The notes: generated by a model from the sequence alone, not told the origin. Shown: positions 26,801-41,155, counted from the stretch's first letter. The stretch: DNA of 64,000 bases from Dimorphilus gyrociliatus (GCA_904063045.1 CAJFCJ010000023.1:558001-622000); one strand, 5' to 3'. Program-made: numbers and translations.

Positions 26801-29800
26801 AAGCAATTATTATTTCAAAAATACTAAACATAGTACTCTGTTTCAGTAAGACCGCTCGGGATTTTTGTTAAGTATCTAGTAATTGGAACTTTTTAGTATA
26901 CTGCACGTATAAAGTACACAAAACATACGAGATATGCAAGTAGATCAATATAGAAATTTAAGGCTTTTTGGCCAAAAAAAACTGAAGAATAACATCACCA
27001 ACAAAGAAATCGTTCTTTGTATCAAACCGTTCGATGTTGGAAAGCGATAAGAATTGGCAAACGGGGAAAAAAAAAGAGCGATCTTGATAAGGGAAGGAAG
27101 TAAAAACAGACAAAATAGCTAAATTGTAGCAGGGCAGACGGTTTCAAATGTTTTCTCCCAGCGAGAACAAGGCTAATTTCTAATAGGCTCGTTGCAAAAA
27201 TTCCTTTCTGCAGATGGCGTACAGGAGAGTTTTTTTATCTATCTCTCTTTCTCGCTCACTCGCTCGTTCGTTCGCTCTCTCCCTCTCTCTCTCCTTCTTC
27301 CTCTTTCTTGCACACCCTTTATACCCCCTCGGGTGATTTTCAATTGCGATGGATAGCGTTTTAAAAGGCTTTTCATGTCATGTATGGGAATTGTTAAGAA
27401 CTTAGTCAGTGATATGTGTGATATATATTCAAGTAAGAGCAACTTCTTCTGACCCTCGCGTATCAATTTAAATCATATTTACCTTGACTATCTAGATTAA
27501 TTACAATTCGCCTAATGAAGAAGAGGAGAAACAAAAATTTCATCAGTTGAAAACTTCTGTTTTTTTCAACAGTTAAATAAACCAATAAAAGAAAATGACA
27601 AAGTAACATTATGGCTATTTAAATACTATTCAAACATATTCAAAAGGAGAATTACACAAGCTTCTTAATACGAATCAAGACATAAGATGGCGCTATTGGT
27701 TAGGCTTGTTAATTATCAAGGATATTTCAATATTTACTAAAGTCTGAGGATGAACAAGTGCTAGATCAAATATTTACTAAGATTTGTAAAGAATGTAGAA
27801 TTTAGACGTTCTGTACAAATGGCAATTAAATAATAAAATTTAGTTACATTTCTATTAGCAAATATGCTGGGAGGGAAGCGAAGTGGGTGCATACGTATGT
27901 GTGTATCTGAGCACTGTTTGCACGTATGCGGGAGGAAGAGAGGGGAGAGAGAGAAGAGAGGAAGGAACGAATAAATGACTAAATGAACGAATGAAAAGAA
28001 GGAAAAATGTTTATTTTTATAAAGTAATTAATCATGATGAAGAAAAAATCTCTCTTTCGTTTAAAAAAGGGAAAAAAAAGATAGAGAATTTGAGAATGAT
28101 TAATACATGATAGGCTTAGATATTACTTTTATCTCTTTCTACTTTCTTTTTAAGTCCCTTGACCGTTTTTCATGGCTATTAAACTTCTCTGCTTCCGTTT
28201 GTGACACATGTTTATCATTTTTAGTAAATTGCTTCCATTTTCCACACTACTTTTTTAATCCGATTTTCTATGTGAAGAAGTGATGTGTTACCCCTGGAGA
28301 AGTGTGAAGCGGATAAGGAAATATGTGACCGTGATGATATAAAATATCAAAATGGCTTTTTGTATCACTTATATTCTGTTTAGACTGCCCTTGGGCGATC
28401 CCCAAACATAGAATCCTGCTTTTATAAATGTTTTTCCTCATATTTGTTTGTTAGCTTGGAAAACGTGAATAATTAACTAGACTCGACGTCGACCGTAGAG
28501 GGCGCTTATAGCGGCAGGTAGCTTTTAGATTTTAAAATTTTCCCATTCCACTCTCTGACATGGAGGAGACATTTAGTCGGATGAAAGAGGTAGGGCGTCT
28601 AAAAGGCGTTCTTTTTATTATTTTTATTTACTTTTCTATATTTACTTGACCGTTTCCATAGAAACGGGACGCGGCAGGTGCAAAAAGTATAGACTTGTTA
28701 AACGACGTCTCTTTTCTATCGAACGTCTTACGGTCTTTAATATCGAGTGGTCGTTTTAAATGACATTCGTTTAATAAATATTTAATTAATCAACAATTAA
28801 AAAGAAGGTCGATCGGTCGAATTATATAAGCAGTTCGATGGTGTAAACGTTTACAGCGTATGTTTGTTCGATTGTTTGTACAGCTGGAATGTAAGGGAAA
28901 AATATGGTGAATCATATAGAGTTAAAGATTTTAGGGTTTGAAAAAATATCAAATTAAAAACTAGACGCTATACAGTATATTCGTTTCTCTATTATTATTA
29001 AATAGATAAATTACTAATGAAAAGGAAGGAAGATAATCGAATTTATATTTGATTTCATTCTATTCCGTAGCTGTAATAAGAAGTAGACAGAGGAAAGAAT
29101 CCTTTTTTAGCAGTACACTGTTATATGTATATAAAATACAAACAACTTCCCCCTTCTACTTTCTTCTATGGACAAGGATTTTATTTTTGGAATATAGAGA
29201 GAAAAAAAAAGTGCAAGTATAAATGTGTGGAAACCTTTCTCTTTAATAACTCTGCTGCGTCTAAAGATTAAGAGCGAACTAAATGACGCTCGATATAAGC
29301 AGATTTAGCAGCGAGCTTTTCCTAGATGCTTTTGTTTGTCATAAAGTTTTTCATAAGAGTCTTTTAATGAAGAATTTCATTAACAGAATAGCGTCTCTTT
29401 CTTTCTCTTTCACTCTCTTCCACTCTCTTCCTCTCCCACAAATTCTCTCGTTTTTATTGTCTATATCGGTATCAACAACGTTATTCTGTAGCCTTAACAG
29501 ACCGATCACGACGGCTTGATGACTAAAAATAACAGTATTCTTTAATAATTTTGCTAATTTAGAGTATATTTCCCTTGTGAAAAGTTCTTTAAAGGTTACA
29601 GTTTTTCCATTGGACGGTCCATCTTGCGTCACAAAATAGCGTTATAGAGATATCCAATCGTTTAGCAGTTACCCATACAGTAAAACGGTTTAATTACATC
29701 ACTTCAATTACAGTTTATTTTTATAGTTAATATTTGCGCCCATTAACTAGTTGTCAGCACTTTGCGCAACATCTGCCAATGAAATATTGAATTAAGAGTA

Positions 29801-32800
29801 TTAATAGTAGAAGGTGCTTACTAATTTATCTGAATACGAACGAGTTATACTTATATAATAAAAGTAGAGAAAATTTATCTTCGTATGATTATGTTAAGTA
29901 CGAAAACTAATTACATTCTGCAAAGTTCTCCTTGTCAACACAAACATTATTGCCTTCCATATTATATTAATAGTCATAAATATAACGCAATATTAACTAC
30001 CTGCGTATGAATCTTGGTGCAGAAAGACCCTGATTTATGTTGAAACTTAATTATTTATAGAATTTATAGAATCAACCTGCCTATAAACAACATCTGTTAA
30101 TGATTGTTATGATTCACTAGTCTTACGATAGGTGCTATAATTCTTTCCCTCCCATTACTCGCCTATAGTACATTCTTTCCAGTTGGACTTGTTTGTCAAC
30201 GTTTGTCATAAAATTTCTAAGGCGCAGATCTCTAGACAGCTTTAATGAAAACTTATATCGCTTATAACGACGCAGGCGTCGTTTTACGACTGTTCTGATT
30301 TTTCCAGTTGGACGTCCCAAAGGTTTTCTAGTTTGTCATTATGATAGAGCGCTTATACAAGTTTCTTGTTCAATAGCGCGAATAAAATATCATTATTTAT
30401 ATCTCGGCAAAAAAATGATACGGCGCATCAGATTCTTTTATTGTATATGATTTCGTCGAATCCATTTTCACGAAAGAAGGCCTATAAGATCTTTGAAACA
30501 AGACGAGTTTGTCACGAGTGAACGTCACCAGAGATTTCCCCCCGCCATTAGATTTTCTAACGTTTTTAATAAGAGTATAACGCTTTTAGGAAGTGTTTAA
30601 TCTTTATCTCTTTTAAAAGTCTATGCTGTATATCGTGTAACTGGTGTTCGGTCGCTTGACTACTTACCTTCACAACTATTCGTTACTATTATAAAAGATG
30701 TAACGGTTTAGTATATTAATTAAAATAATCATTGACAATAACCCTCCTGCTGAGCGTCGAATTTGTAAAATTAACCTATAGAAGTGTAAGGTTACTTTTA
30801 ATAAAAAATTGCTTTTAAAACCTATCTCTTAAATCAAATACGAGCTACAAGTTCCACATAGAAAACGTCTCTTAACGACTCTTCCGATTTCGTTGCAAGG
30901 CGTTTGCAAACCGATCCGATTGTGTTTGTCATGGCGTAATGACGGGCACGTGCGGCGTCTGACGCTATCAGTAGAGTGCAGACGGCAAACTGCAATACTG
31001 CAATACCGCAATACGTTTAACGCTTGATAGGAAACGGGCGTCGATATCACGAGTCGTTGCATCCGCTCACCTTGACAAACAACCCTGATTAGCGTCGACT
31101 TCTATTCCGGGTTGCAAAATACTTCATACGATTGGCACCATCAGTCAGGCATCGAAATCCGACTGTAATTATTAGGAGCGTGATTAATGGAGAAAAGAAG
31201 CCAAAGAATGTATATATTCCCCTCTCTCCCTCTCAGCCTCAACCACTAACGCGGCAAATAAATCGTTTAATACGTTGACCTTTTTTTTTTCTTTTTTAAT
31301 ATGGAAAATAAGAAAAGAAAGAAGGAAAAAATCTCGAAACTAATCCAAAAGTTTATCGTTAATCAACACGTAAAACGATATTTTCCGTTCAATTTCTTCA
31401 TGACCTGCCAACTCGATCAGTAGTCACATGACGCAATCAAAAGTTACTTATAAAAAAGATATATGGACATTGTATGCTAATCAAATGCCTTTTAGCTCAT
31501 TCGAGAACCATTTGGTAAATTATTGTTTTATAGATGGTAAATAGACTGGTATCTGGCTTTCGGCCGAATGCATTTTAGCTAAGATAATTTATAAGTATAT
31601 CTAGAAATGACTGTCTATTTCAAAAGAGCGGTCTTTTCGCTGCTATAGGACATGCCACTAACATTAAACGGAATAGTTGATTAGACGCTTTTTGCTGCCG
31701 GCGTCACTCAGACTGCAAAAAAAATTTTTTCTAATTATTAGGCCTATGATGAATGACCAGTTGTCAGTCGATGACAAACAAAGGAATCCCACTCGTACAT
31801 ATATACAAAGTATAAGCATATATATTAATGTGTGTGCGTGCGAGTGTGTGTGTGTATATACAGTAGATATATGCCTATATATACTATTTATACGCTGTAT
31901 ATCTACCGTCTATGCAAGGGACAGATAGAGCTAGCTGAAGAGACGGTTATGAAAATTTCTATTGATTAAATGCATTAAAGTTCTGTAATGTATATATATA
32001 TATCTGCAGTAGGTCTAACGTTTTACCTATTAAGCGTCTACCTAAATGCATATGGATTCTCATCTCATCAGGATATATAAACATATAGAAATATATATAT
32101 ATGTACAGTATATATATATATATATAGCAATATATTTATGTATAGAGGGCAGTGTCATATGTTTACGTGTGTCGCGTGTATGCGCAAACAAAGGCGTCTA
32201 GTGACAAATAATAAACACATAAAACCATGCTAAAGATACATTGTAGGCGTCATTTATGGGTGAAATATGGTTGCTTTGTGTGCATTTTCATCACAAACGT
32301 GTTTAGTGAACTTATTATTTATAAGGGCTACAGTTAAAAAACACGGTGGTTGACTCGACGGCTCAACGCTCGATAGTAAAATGTATAAACATATTAATCA
32401 TTTAATAGATTATATTACTGCTTTTGTTGATAACGATAAAATTTCCCTTAAATAAACACTATTGACCAAAGCACACATATAGATAGTCGCTTATGAAATT
32501 TACTCCTATTCCGCCTGCTCAATAGTCAATGAGCCTATTTGAACGCTGTTATACCCAAGTTAACAATCCAACTTTGTGACATAGTTTTCGCTCTGAGCAA
32601 CTAAGATGCTTAGTAACATCAAAGAATTAAAGCAAACTGCAAAGCTGAGCGTGTTACAGGTGGCGTCATTCCATGTTTGTTTGTATGCACGCCTGCTATG
32701 TGTACACATACAAGCTGAAGACGAATCACGTGACCTAGTTTTTTTTGTCTTTCAGGTAAACGGACGCGATTTGACGTCTGCGAGTCACGAAGAGACTATT

Positions 32801-35800
32801 GAAGCTTTCCAGAACGCCTCGGAACCGATTTTGGTAGAAGTCCGACGAAAGTGCGAACTTGCCCAGATGAGACGTCTAACGTCGTCTAAATCGACGCAAA
32901 CCGACGAAAATTTACGGTTCGATTTAAGTCTTCTAGATGCAACCTATTCGAATGCGAAACCGTAAGTTGCCATTATATATATACTTGTATTAAAAAAGAA
33001 GAGGCAAGATATAAGAGATATCTTCTCGACTCTGTAATTTAAAGGGCGGCCAATCAAAGCTTCTAGCCTCTTTTATTTTCTTTTAGTCTAATTGTAGCTT
33101 TTGTAAATCAGACGAACGTAAATAGGAAGAAGGCCTTATTATCTATATATCATTTTATTTATACATACTTAAATGCGCAAAATTTGCTACCTATACAATT
33201 ATTTATCATTTGCCGCGTACGCACATCGCAGGCATATGGATGAGAAAGGTGTAGGAAGAAGAAGAGTCTATTCTTTCATGATTTCTATCTTTCTAATCTA
33301 TTCATGCAATATTCGCACGCGTGCACGTATTTAAATATATAAAAAAGTGAAGGAGACGCTAATAAACGACGCATCGTATCCTTGTGGGCGTCTCTCTGAC
33401 GTTTCTTCTTATTACGTTGTCAAAGGCGGACGGTGAGGAATCCTTTATAGTGTTGGAATCGAAAATAGATTTTCTTTGTTGGCCGCCCTTTTTGATCCCA
33501 CAACTCCGGTTGACCTTTGACCTTCTCCTTCGTGATGTCTCTTCCGAGTTCTCTTGACAGTACGAGGAACTATTGAAAGGCGTCTTTTTTTTATTAAAGA
33601 GGGGTATCATTCCTTAAACTTTGTTCATCTCAGTCCTCAACAAATGTAATAAAAAGCGTAGAGAAGGAAAAAGAAGAAGAAGAGAAGAAGAAAAAACAAA
33701 CAAGGCCAATGCAACAAACAAATAGCGATTATTATTATTTTCTTATGCTTCAGATCATTAATCTAAATTTATTCTCCTACTTATTTTTTATACTATTATC
33801 TAAATCTTTATGAATATTTTATTGCAAATATTAAGATTATGATTATTGTATTATTGACTTGGTTATCGTTAATAGCATAATAGGTCTCTCGAGATATAAA
33901 GGGAACCAGAAGAGATGTTTCTCTTCTCTCCTCTCTATTCATCCATCTATCTCTCTCTCTCTCTCTCTTATTTATTCTCCACTACACACTTGTATTTACC
34001 GCAACCTTTAACTTTATACTTTTATATTTCAAGTGTCTCTTAATTACTAAGTTTCTGCAAAATTTATTTTGCGGTCGCCCGCTCGTTTTAGTAGTCTTCC
34101 GTTTTATTGTACCGACCCATTTTATGCATTAGCGCTTACCCCATTACAGAAATGTCATAAAGAATGAAATCACGCTTGACAACGGTATAGAATGTCTGGA
34201 CGACCAACTGGACAACGTAGAATACGAGGTAGGTTCTATAAACTGAAATTTTTTCCAGTTGGGTAGTCGTTTTGTGATAGAAGAATCGTTAAAAGTCTTC
34301 CCGGAGTCACGAAAGCCGAGAGGGTAAACTAGAAAAAATTCTCTCTTCAGTCATCAATTTCAATCATGGTTAATCTTAGTCTGACATCTGCAAAGCCGTA
34401 CTGCAATTTTTGGTATACATCGCGTATTTCGGTTGCGTGCAATTTTCATTAGCAAAACGTCGACGCTTTACTTACGTTTTAATCGTGATAAATAGACGAA
34501 AGGGATAAGTTGACGAACGTGTTACAGCTATTTCAGTAGGCCTTACGACATTTTTTTTACTTTTATTGCTTTTAAAACACAGGAAGTAAGATTGAAGAGA
34601 ACAAGTAAAGAGGAAAAGATTGGTCTAACCTTATGCTACGGTTCTACTGATGAAGATGTAACAGATATCTATGTGGGCGAGGTAAACTCATTTCACCATA
34701 TATGTATTATATATATATATACAGTATATAATAGTCTACGGGGTACAATTCAGCAAAATAGTTTGTTTAAATCCCCCTCTCCTCTCTCTCCACAAAAAAG
34801 AGATAAAATATGAATATAAATATCAACAACAACAACAATAACAATAACAACAACAAAATACCAAGCACCGCTAAAATTTGTAGAAGGTGCGAGTAAGAAA
34901 AAAATCTAGTACATGCTACTTTTCTTTCACCTTTAAGGAAAATAACGACATTTTAATAACGAACCTTTGAATTACTAGCTCACTCTTTTATTATACTTTT
35001 TAGGCGTATATAAATAAAAAGAAAAGGAAATTGCGACATTTTTTTTTTATTTTACTAAAAAAAAGAAACAGGAAAAAGTGTAGAAAGTCTCCGTCAATGG
35101 AGACGTCCTCTTCGAAAAAGGCAATAGAAACAAAACAGATGGCGTTAGCATCCCTGTGAGACGTAACATGACAGTTTGGAAAGCATAGTAAAAAAATTCT
35201 TTTCTCTAGGCGGATAAGTATTGTTGGACTGCACGCAATTCTGGATAGAAGAGGGCGAAGTGGGAGAAGGGGGATTTAAACCTTATAAGAGGGCGGCTTA
35301 AAAAATGCGCATGGGTGGTCATGTCGCTGATCCTTGCAATAAATACGTATACTTTATTGTATAGTAGGGTAAAGCTTTGCTTGACACTTATACGGCCTGT
35401 AAATGTAAACAGTTTAAGTAAGGGATAAAAAATAATTAAATTCGAATAACCAATAAAAGTCGCCAAAAAAAAATACTTATTAATATTCATGAGGGGCGCT
35501 ATATTCGTAGCGCCAATTTTTTACATTTCATTCTCCCCTCGTTAATGCGGTTGTAATAGGCAAAGAGCAAAAGAGAAAGACTAAGATAAAGAGAGAAAAA
35601 TTTTTTTTGCTTATTTATAGATCGAAAAGGATTCAATTGCTGGACGAGACGGCCGAATAAAAGAGGGAGATCAAATCCTACAGGTATAATTCTTTTTCAC
35701 TGTCTCTTTTGAGCCAAACAAAAAATTAATTGAGGAAGTCGGCTAAAAAAAATCCATCCCCAAATGATGATAAACGACACAAATGTGATCACATGATTGG

Positions 35801-38800
35801 TCGAAAAGAGATAAAATCCCTTTAGACGGTCCAGACGTTTGAAAATTGATGAAGAGCAGCCTTCTTTAGGTCTCCAGTCGTTATACCTAGAACATTTTTA
35901 AATCGATTTTGGCGCGTCCTTTGACACTTTATAAAACGCAAGTTGAATAAGAAAAGGCGTCTAATAAATTTCTGCCTTCTTAGATAAACGGCGTAGACGT
36001 CCACAGTCGAGAAGAAGCTGTTAAGTTATTTGGACAGAGTAAAGCAGATATTTGTCTACTCCTTGCCAGAGGTTCTAATGTAAGTTTATTTTTTTCTATT
36101 TAATTAAAAACTATCCGAAAATCTCCTTTAAACGTTGTAACCTGCGACTGTTGTGAACTAAAGTATCCGAATCTCGATAATACTGCTGTCATTCAACAAG
36201 TTCATTGACGTTGACGTTTATTTAGACGTCTGCAAACAAAAGAAATTATAGAAATTTCCGCTACAATCAACTGTAATTCACACAAACGTCGATATCTTGA
36301 CGCATTTGTTACAAAGGATAAAGAGAAAATCAGTTAAAAAAAACTTGAGCAGCTGCCTTGAAGCTATTAATCTGAATAAAAAGATTCTTTCCTCCATTTC
36401 TGGCTCTCTCTCTCTCTCTGTGTCCAACTCAATAATTGTTTACTTTAATTTCATATTTGAAAGAATGAAAAAAAAACAAAAACAAAAATAAAAACAAAAA
36501 ATAAAGATGGATAAGATGAATTTAGGTCAGAGTTTAGGGGTTAACGAAACACGGATAAAGTTTGATTTGTATTATGGTTCATATGAGTTGAGATACTTAT
36601 ACCAGACATTCGACTGCTGGCATGCCATCTGCCGAAGTGAATCGGTGTACGTGAGAAACACAGTATAAATAAGTGAATGTGACAAAAACAATTAATGTAC
36701 AGTTTATACAGCCACATGTACATACGCCGTACACCAGTTTTTCAATTCCCGCCACCCCATCTGTCATTCCGAGCATACAAACAAATAGCACCTGTGTTTT
36801 CAATATAATACAGACGATTAACGGATAGATTCACGAGTAAGAATCTTTCAAAGATTATCCGACAAATAAACTGTACTTTAGTTATTTATTTTCTTATTTC
36901 CCTTCCTCTGATATTTCTATATGCTAAAGTTATGAATTATGGCCTATGCTATCAGGTCTTTCTTGATGAAAAGTACCCTGTGGAATTTAAATACCAACTA
37001 TATTAGTGTCAATCTATCTCTGCTCATTCCATAATGTTAAAGCATTGATAACCTTTTGCACTTTGCACATTCATAAAAATCACTCAAAATCGAACATATG
37101 GAAGATCAATTAGGGCAAACATCGTAAAACTTTAACATTATTAGACGTACGTGCCATATTATCTTTTACTAAATCATTCCATCCGTCCAAGTGTCAAAAT
37201 CTGATACGCTGCCATCCTAGTTCAGATTCGTTTAATGAAGTTGTGAAACTTTCCTATAATCTTAAGTAAACACAATGGAGATGGACAAATCCCGCTGCGC
37301 CATCTGTCATTTCAGACACGCGTAATGCGGAGAGAGAGATAGTATGATGAGTTTTTTAAGACGGCGATGACTTTCTAAAATCGGAAAGGCGCTTTCTAAT
37401 GAGTATGTTAATAATTTGCGAGATATTTTCCAACAACCTGTATAACGATAGCCATATGTTTTATTATAATTAATTACATTCTTCAACACTGCAGTCGGAA
37501 CGATTTATAGATAGGGATATAAAAGGGGTAAAAAAGAAAAGAAGAAAAACCCCTTTTTTAGTTTTATTCCTCCCTTTTCACTTTCTTCCCTTCTTCCCCC
37601 TATTCCATCAATCCCATCGTTTATCAGTCATTCTTATTCTCTTTATAGACTTTATATAAAAATTACGTTTTTCACAGATGGAAGAGACGATTCTGGAGAA
37701 TAGTGACTTTGAAAGCCTTCTTCAGAACAACGACTTGAGCGTTCTTCTCAGACAGGTGCCGTAGATTATCTCTTATATAACTAGGATTAGCGTCGCGATT
37801 CCTTACGTAATGACCAACACTTTTATCTGAGAATTCGAGCATGATTTAAGTTGATTTTGTATTACCCAATAAGAGTAACTGTAGTAGTAAGTTGGGCTTA
37901 ATCCTTTAAATAAATTAATGTCGAACCCGAACGAGTCGAAGGAGGAAAGGAAAGTCGTGAGAATTTTTCGGAAGCCAGAGGAATTTGACGAATTTCGTAC
38001 GGTGCTAAGTGTTGGCAAGTTTTGGCAGCTGGCGTCATGGCGGCCGACGGCGTTTGGTGTCGGAATGACACGAGAAAGGCGTGTTGATATTTTCTTGCCA
38101 TCGAGAAACTTCTTCCCCGAAGGAGAAACAATCGCATTCGGCTTCCCTTTCGTTTTCAACTTATATAAATTAAGGGGTGCTAACAATGATTTATGACCCA
38201 ATTACACGCTACTTAACCACTTGGGTCAAATGGTCAATATTACACCGGTAAAAGATTAGTGTATTTCACACCGAAAGTTCCCTGTTACTCTATACTCTGT
38301 AGTCCCATTTCCTATGATTCTCGGCCGAATATCGCGCTTCAAAATTTTTCTACGCCTTTTGCTCTTCTCTCTTTTTTCATTCGATAATGTCAATCAAATT
38401 GGGAAAAACTAATATTTCACAAATAGTATCGTCTATCCCAATGATTAAACGGAAGTTGATGTACGACCTAACCCCGCTGCGAAAGATAAAGATTGAATTA
38501 CGAGCGAATGCAATGCTTAAAAGAACCACTGCGCTCTGTAGAGTTTCTCCCGGCTCCAATAGAATCCCATGTGTCCAAACGCTGACCAATTAAACTCATA
38601 ATCTCCGGGTTGCTTCTGATAGGCTACCATTGGTCTATGCCAAGACGTGATTGGCTGGTCAAAGTAAAATACCTTTTATGCACTTGACACATGTCACTCG
38701 GCTATCACGTTCCGAGCATCCAGCAGCTGCCTGGGGGACGCTATGAACTGTCGTTGTTTGATTAGAACGAATCCGAGAGTTAGATATTGTAAAAGAATTT

Positions 38801-39710
38801 ATGAAAGGATTTATTCGTATTGTGAAGAGATAGTGAAAACTTACGAGCGGTGCGAGACGGCTTTTCTTAGGAACGTTTTTATGTGTTCACAGGCTGACGA
38901 CAGTACAACGGACACTGCAACTAAGGACAGCGGAGTTGGCAGAACTAATGACGAAAGTTCAGTAAGTATAAGAAACGTCCTTTCATTATCACAATTGTCC
39001 TTTATTGTATTGCCTTATTAGCAAAAAATTTGTTCTCTATCTACGTAGCCGCCAGCAGACCGGTTCAATACGCCTCAGGCGTGAAACCCAAATTGTTTTC
39101 ATCGAATGTTGACACCGAACTTATCAGACTATTACTAAGAATTCTTACGTAATCAATTTCCTGATTTCCGTTTCGATTTTAATTAGAATTTTAATGCGTT
39201 TCGCCTACGCCAAAGACGACTATTACTTTCTCTTTACTATCATTCTTTCCAATGACGCATTGTTTTCCTTTTGATGGAGGTGTTTATCAGTAAATCCGAT
39301 TATGATAAACATAATACTTTCAAATACGAACCGAGCCTAGATAATTATTAGGGTAGAATTAATTAGTTAAAATTAATAAACGCAACAAGTATTTGTTTGT
39401 CTATTTGTCTGATTTTTCTTTCTTTCTCTCTCTCCCTCTCCCTCTGTCTCTCTCTCTTACCCTTTTTCTTTCTCCTAGTCATTCTCTACTTATATGCATA
39501 TATGTATGTGTACGTATAGTGTTATCTTTGGAATCAATTAATTAAAAACATGTGCTGAAGATAAAAAGTTCATTAGAAGTTCGTTTGGAAGTTTCGCACG
39601 ATTTACCACGGAATTTTATTTTGTTTTCCTTCCGATTTCATTAAAAAAACAGTATATAAGAGGCCATGATTGTCTACTTACATACTAATACATATAAATA
39701 TATATATATA

Positions 39711-39754
<44 letters not shown>

Positions 39755-41155
39755 AAAAACCTACATCATCTTCTATTACTTTGCTCTTTTAACTGGAAAG
39801 GAAAACGTATCAATTACAAATTAATAATGAAATTTTACGCTGCCATCTTTTTCATTTCTTCTTTCTCTTCCTGTTAGATTTTGTTTGTTTGTTTTAAACA
39901 AAGTTAATTGTTTAACGAAAAGAGTCGTTCGTCTTTGTATTTATGTATTTTATATGTTGTTGTCTGTGTATGCAAGCATTTATTCCTTGTTTGTTTGCAA
40001 TTTTACTAAGAGGGGTAGAGAGAATAAAACTTCTAAATTACTTGACAATGAATTAGTATAATTATTTATCGTTCCATTTTATTTCCACTTCAGGAAACTG
40101 AGGAAAAAGCTTCTCCTCATCGTAAACCATCCATTGAACGAGAAATTGAAGCTTTAAATAAAGAAATGGCTGAAATCGAACTAGAATGCCAGGAAATAGT
40201 AGAAGCACACACCAAATCAAAATTAACTGCTAATACAAGTGCGCCACCTGTTGTTCGTTCTCCTCGCCTTGTTCCTCGTATGGGTACTAGACTAGACTAC
40301 AGCCAAAAGTCACCTCCTCAATTACAACTGAAAGATAATATACTTCGGTTGAAAGAAGATAAAGAAAAAGACACGGAGAATAATAATGAAAATCCCCTTC
40401 CCCTACCTCTTCCTCCTCCTACTCTTCCTAATCCTCCTCCTCCTCTGCCGCCGAGAAAGAAATTACCAAAGTCCAACTCTAGCAACTCTGTTCAATCTCA
40501 GACTCCTTTGGCGGCTGTAAATGATCATTATTCTTCGATTCTACCATTTACCGATGTTATGTATACAAATGAAGCAAATTTGTATCACACCATTGAACTT
40601 CAGCAAACACTATTCCAACAAAAGTTAGAGCGCCATCTGCCGAAAAAAATCGAAGCAACAACAACAACCACTACAACAACCGCAACCATAACAAAAGAAT
40701 ACAGTCCTATCCCAACGCCGCCTCCTCCAGCCCCAACTGACCAAATGGAATGGGTTGTAAAAATGCGGGCTGATGGCACAAGGTATATTGCCAGACGACC
40801 AGTTAGAAATAAAATCCTTAGGGAACGAGCTAAAAGATTAAATTTAGAGAGATCTGGTCTAACAACAGACGATGACGCCGTTTCAGAGTTAAAATTAGGC
40901 AGATTCTGGTCAAAAGAAGAGCGGAAGAGGCAATTAGAAAAGGCGAGAGAGCATAGAAGGAGGAAGCAGGAGGCGGCCGTTCATACGAGGAAAGAGACTG
41001 CAGAAATTGTTCATATGAGTCATAGGAAGATGCTTCGACATAAAGGAAAGAAAATTTTGGACGATTTTACAACAATTCAGGAGGTGTTGGCACACGGCGC
41101 CAGAACAACCGACGCTAGAACATATAATCCCCTTTTATCCGTTACAACTGTATAA
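7878..41155 (+). CDS. PDZRN3/PDZRN4: PDZ domain-containing RING finger protein (PDZRN3/PDZRN4, LNX family)
   Basis: Exons: 7869/7878-8360 (RING ...[11 protein letters not shown]...CPNRC plus TRAF-type Zn finger), 9656-9793 (coiled coil [10 protein letters not shown]), 10010-10045, 17303-17326, 32756-32961 ([32 protein letters not shown]-half of PDZ1), 34150-34228, 34583-34681 ([10 protein letters not shown]), 35621-35683 ([12 protein letters not shown]), 35984-36079 (INGVDV), 37678-37755, 38893-38961 ([14 protein letters not shown]), 40094-41155 ([30 protein letters not shown]-terminal LSVTTV). These motifs match the family as I recall it, and exon phases are compatible. The 10010 and 17303 micro-exons are the least certain. 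Confidence 0.92.
10871..12756. promoter_or_regulatory. Intronic cluster of CACGTG E-boxes (enhancer-like)
   Basis: CACGTG at 10873, 10957, 11200, 11439 (within GTCACGTGAC), 12036 and 12751, interspersed with repeated CTGACAAACT / TGACAAACTGAC. Confidence 0.4.
15242..15361 (+). CDS. Candidate alternative first exon of PDZRN encoding a hydrophobic N-terminal anchor
   Basis: [40 protein letters not shown], then donor CTG|GTAAAT at 15362. Phase 0 is compatible with the 17303 and 32756 exons. Not confirmed by homology. Confidence 0.35.
17866..18005. repeat. Compound microsatellite region: (GA)n, then (GAAC/GAAT)n
   Basis: Visible directly in the sequence. Confidence 0.8.
22071..22140. repeat. 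(CA)n-like tract, then (CT)n microsatellite
   Basis: Visible directly in the sequence. Confidence 0.8.
39699..39750. repeat. (TA)n microsatellite
   Basis: Visible directly in the sequence. Confidence 0.9.

Noticed and set aside
28885-28910. TGGAATGTAAGG, resembling the 5' end of miR-1/206
   Set aside because: The 3' half mismatches and there is no complementary hairpin arm nearby.
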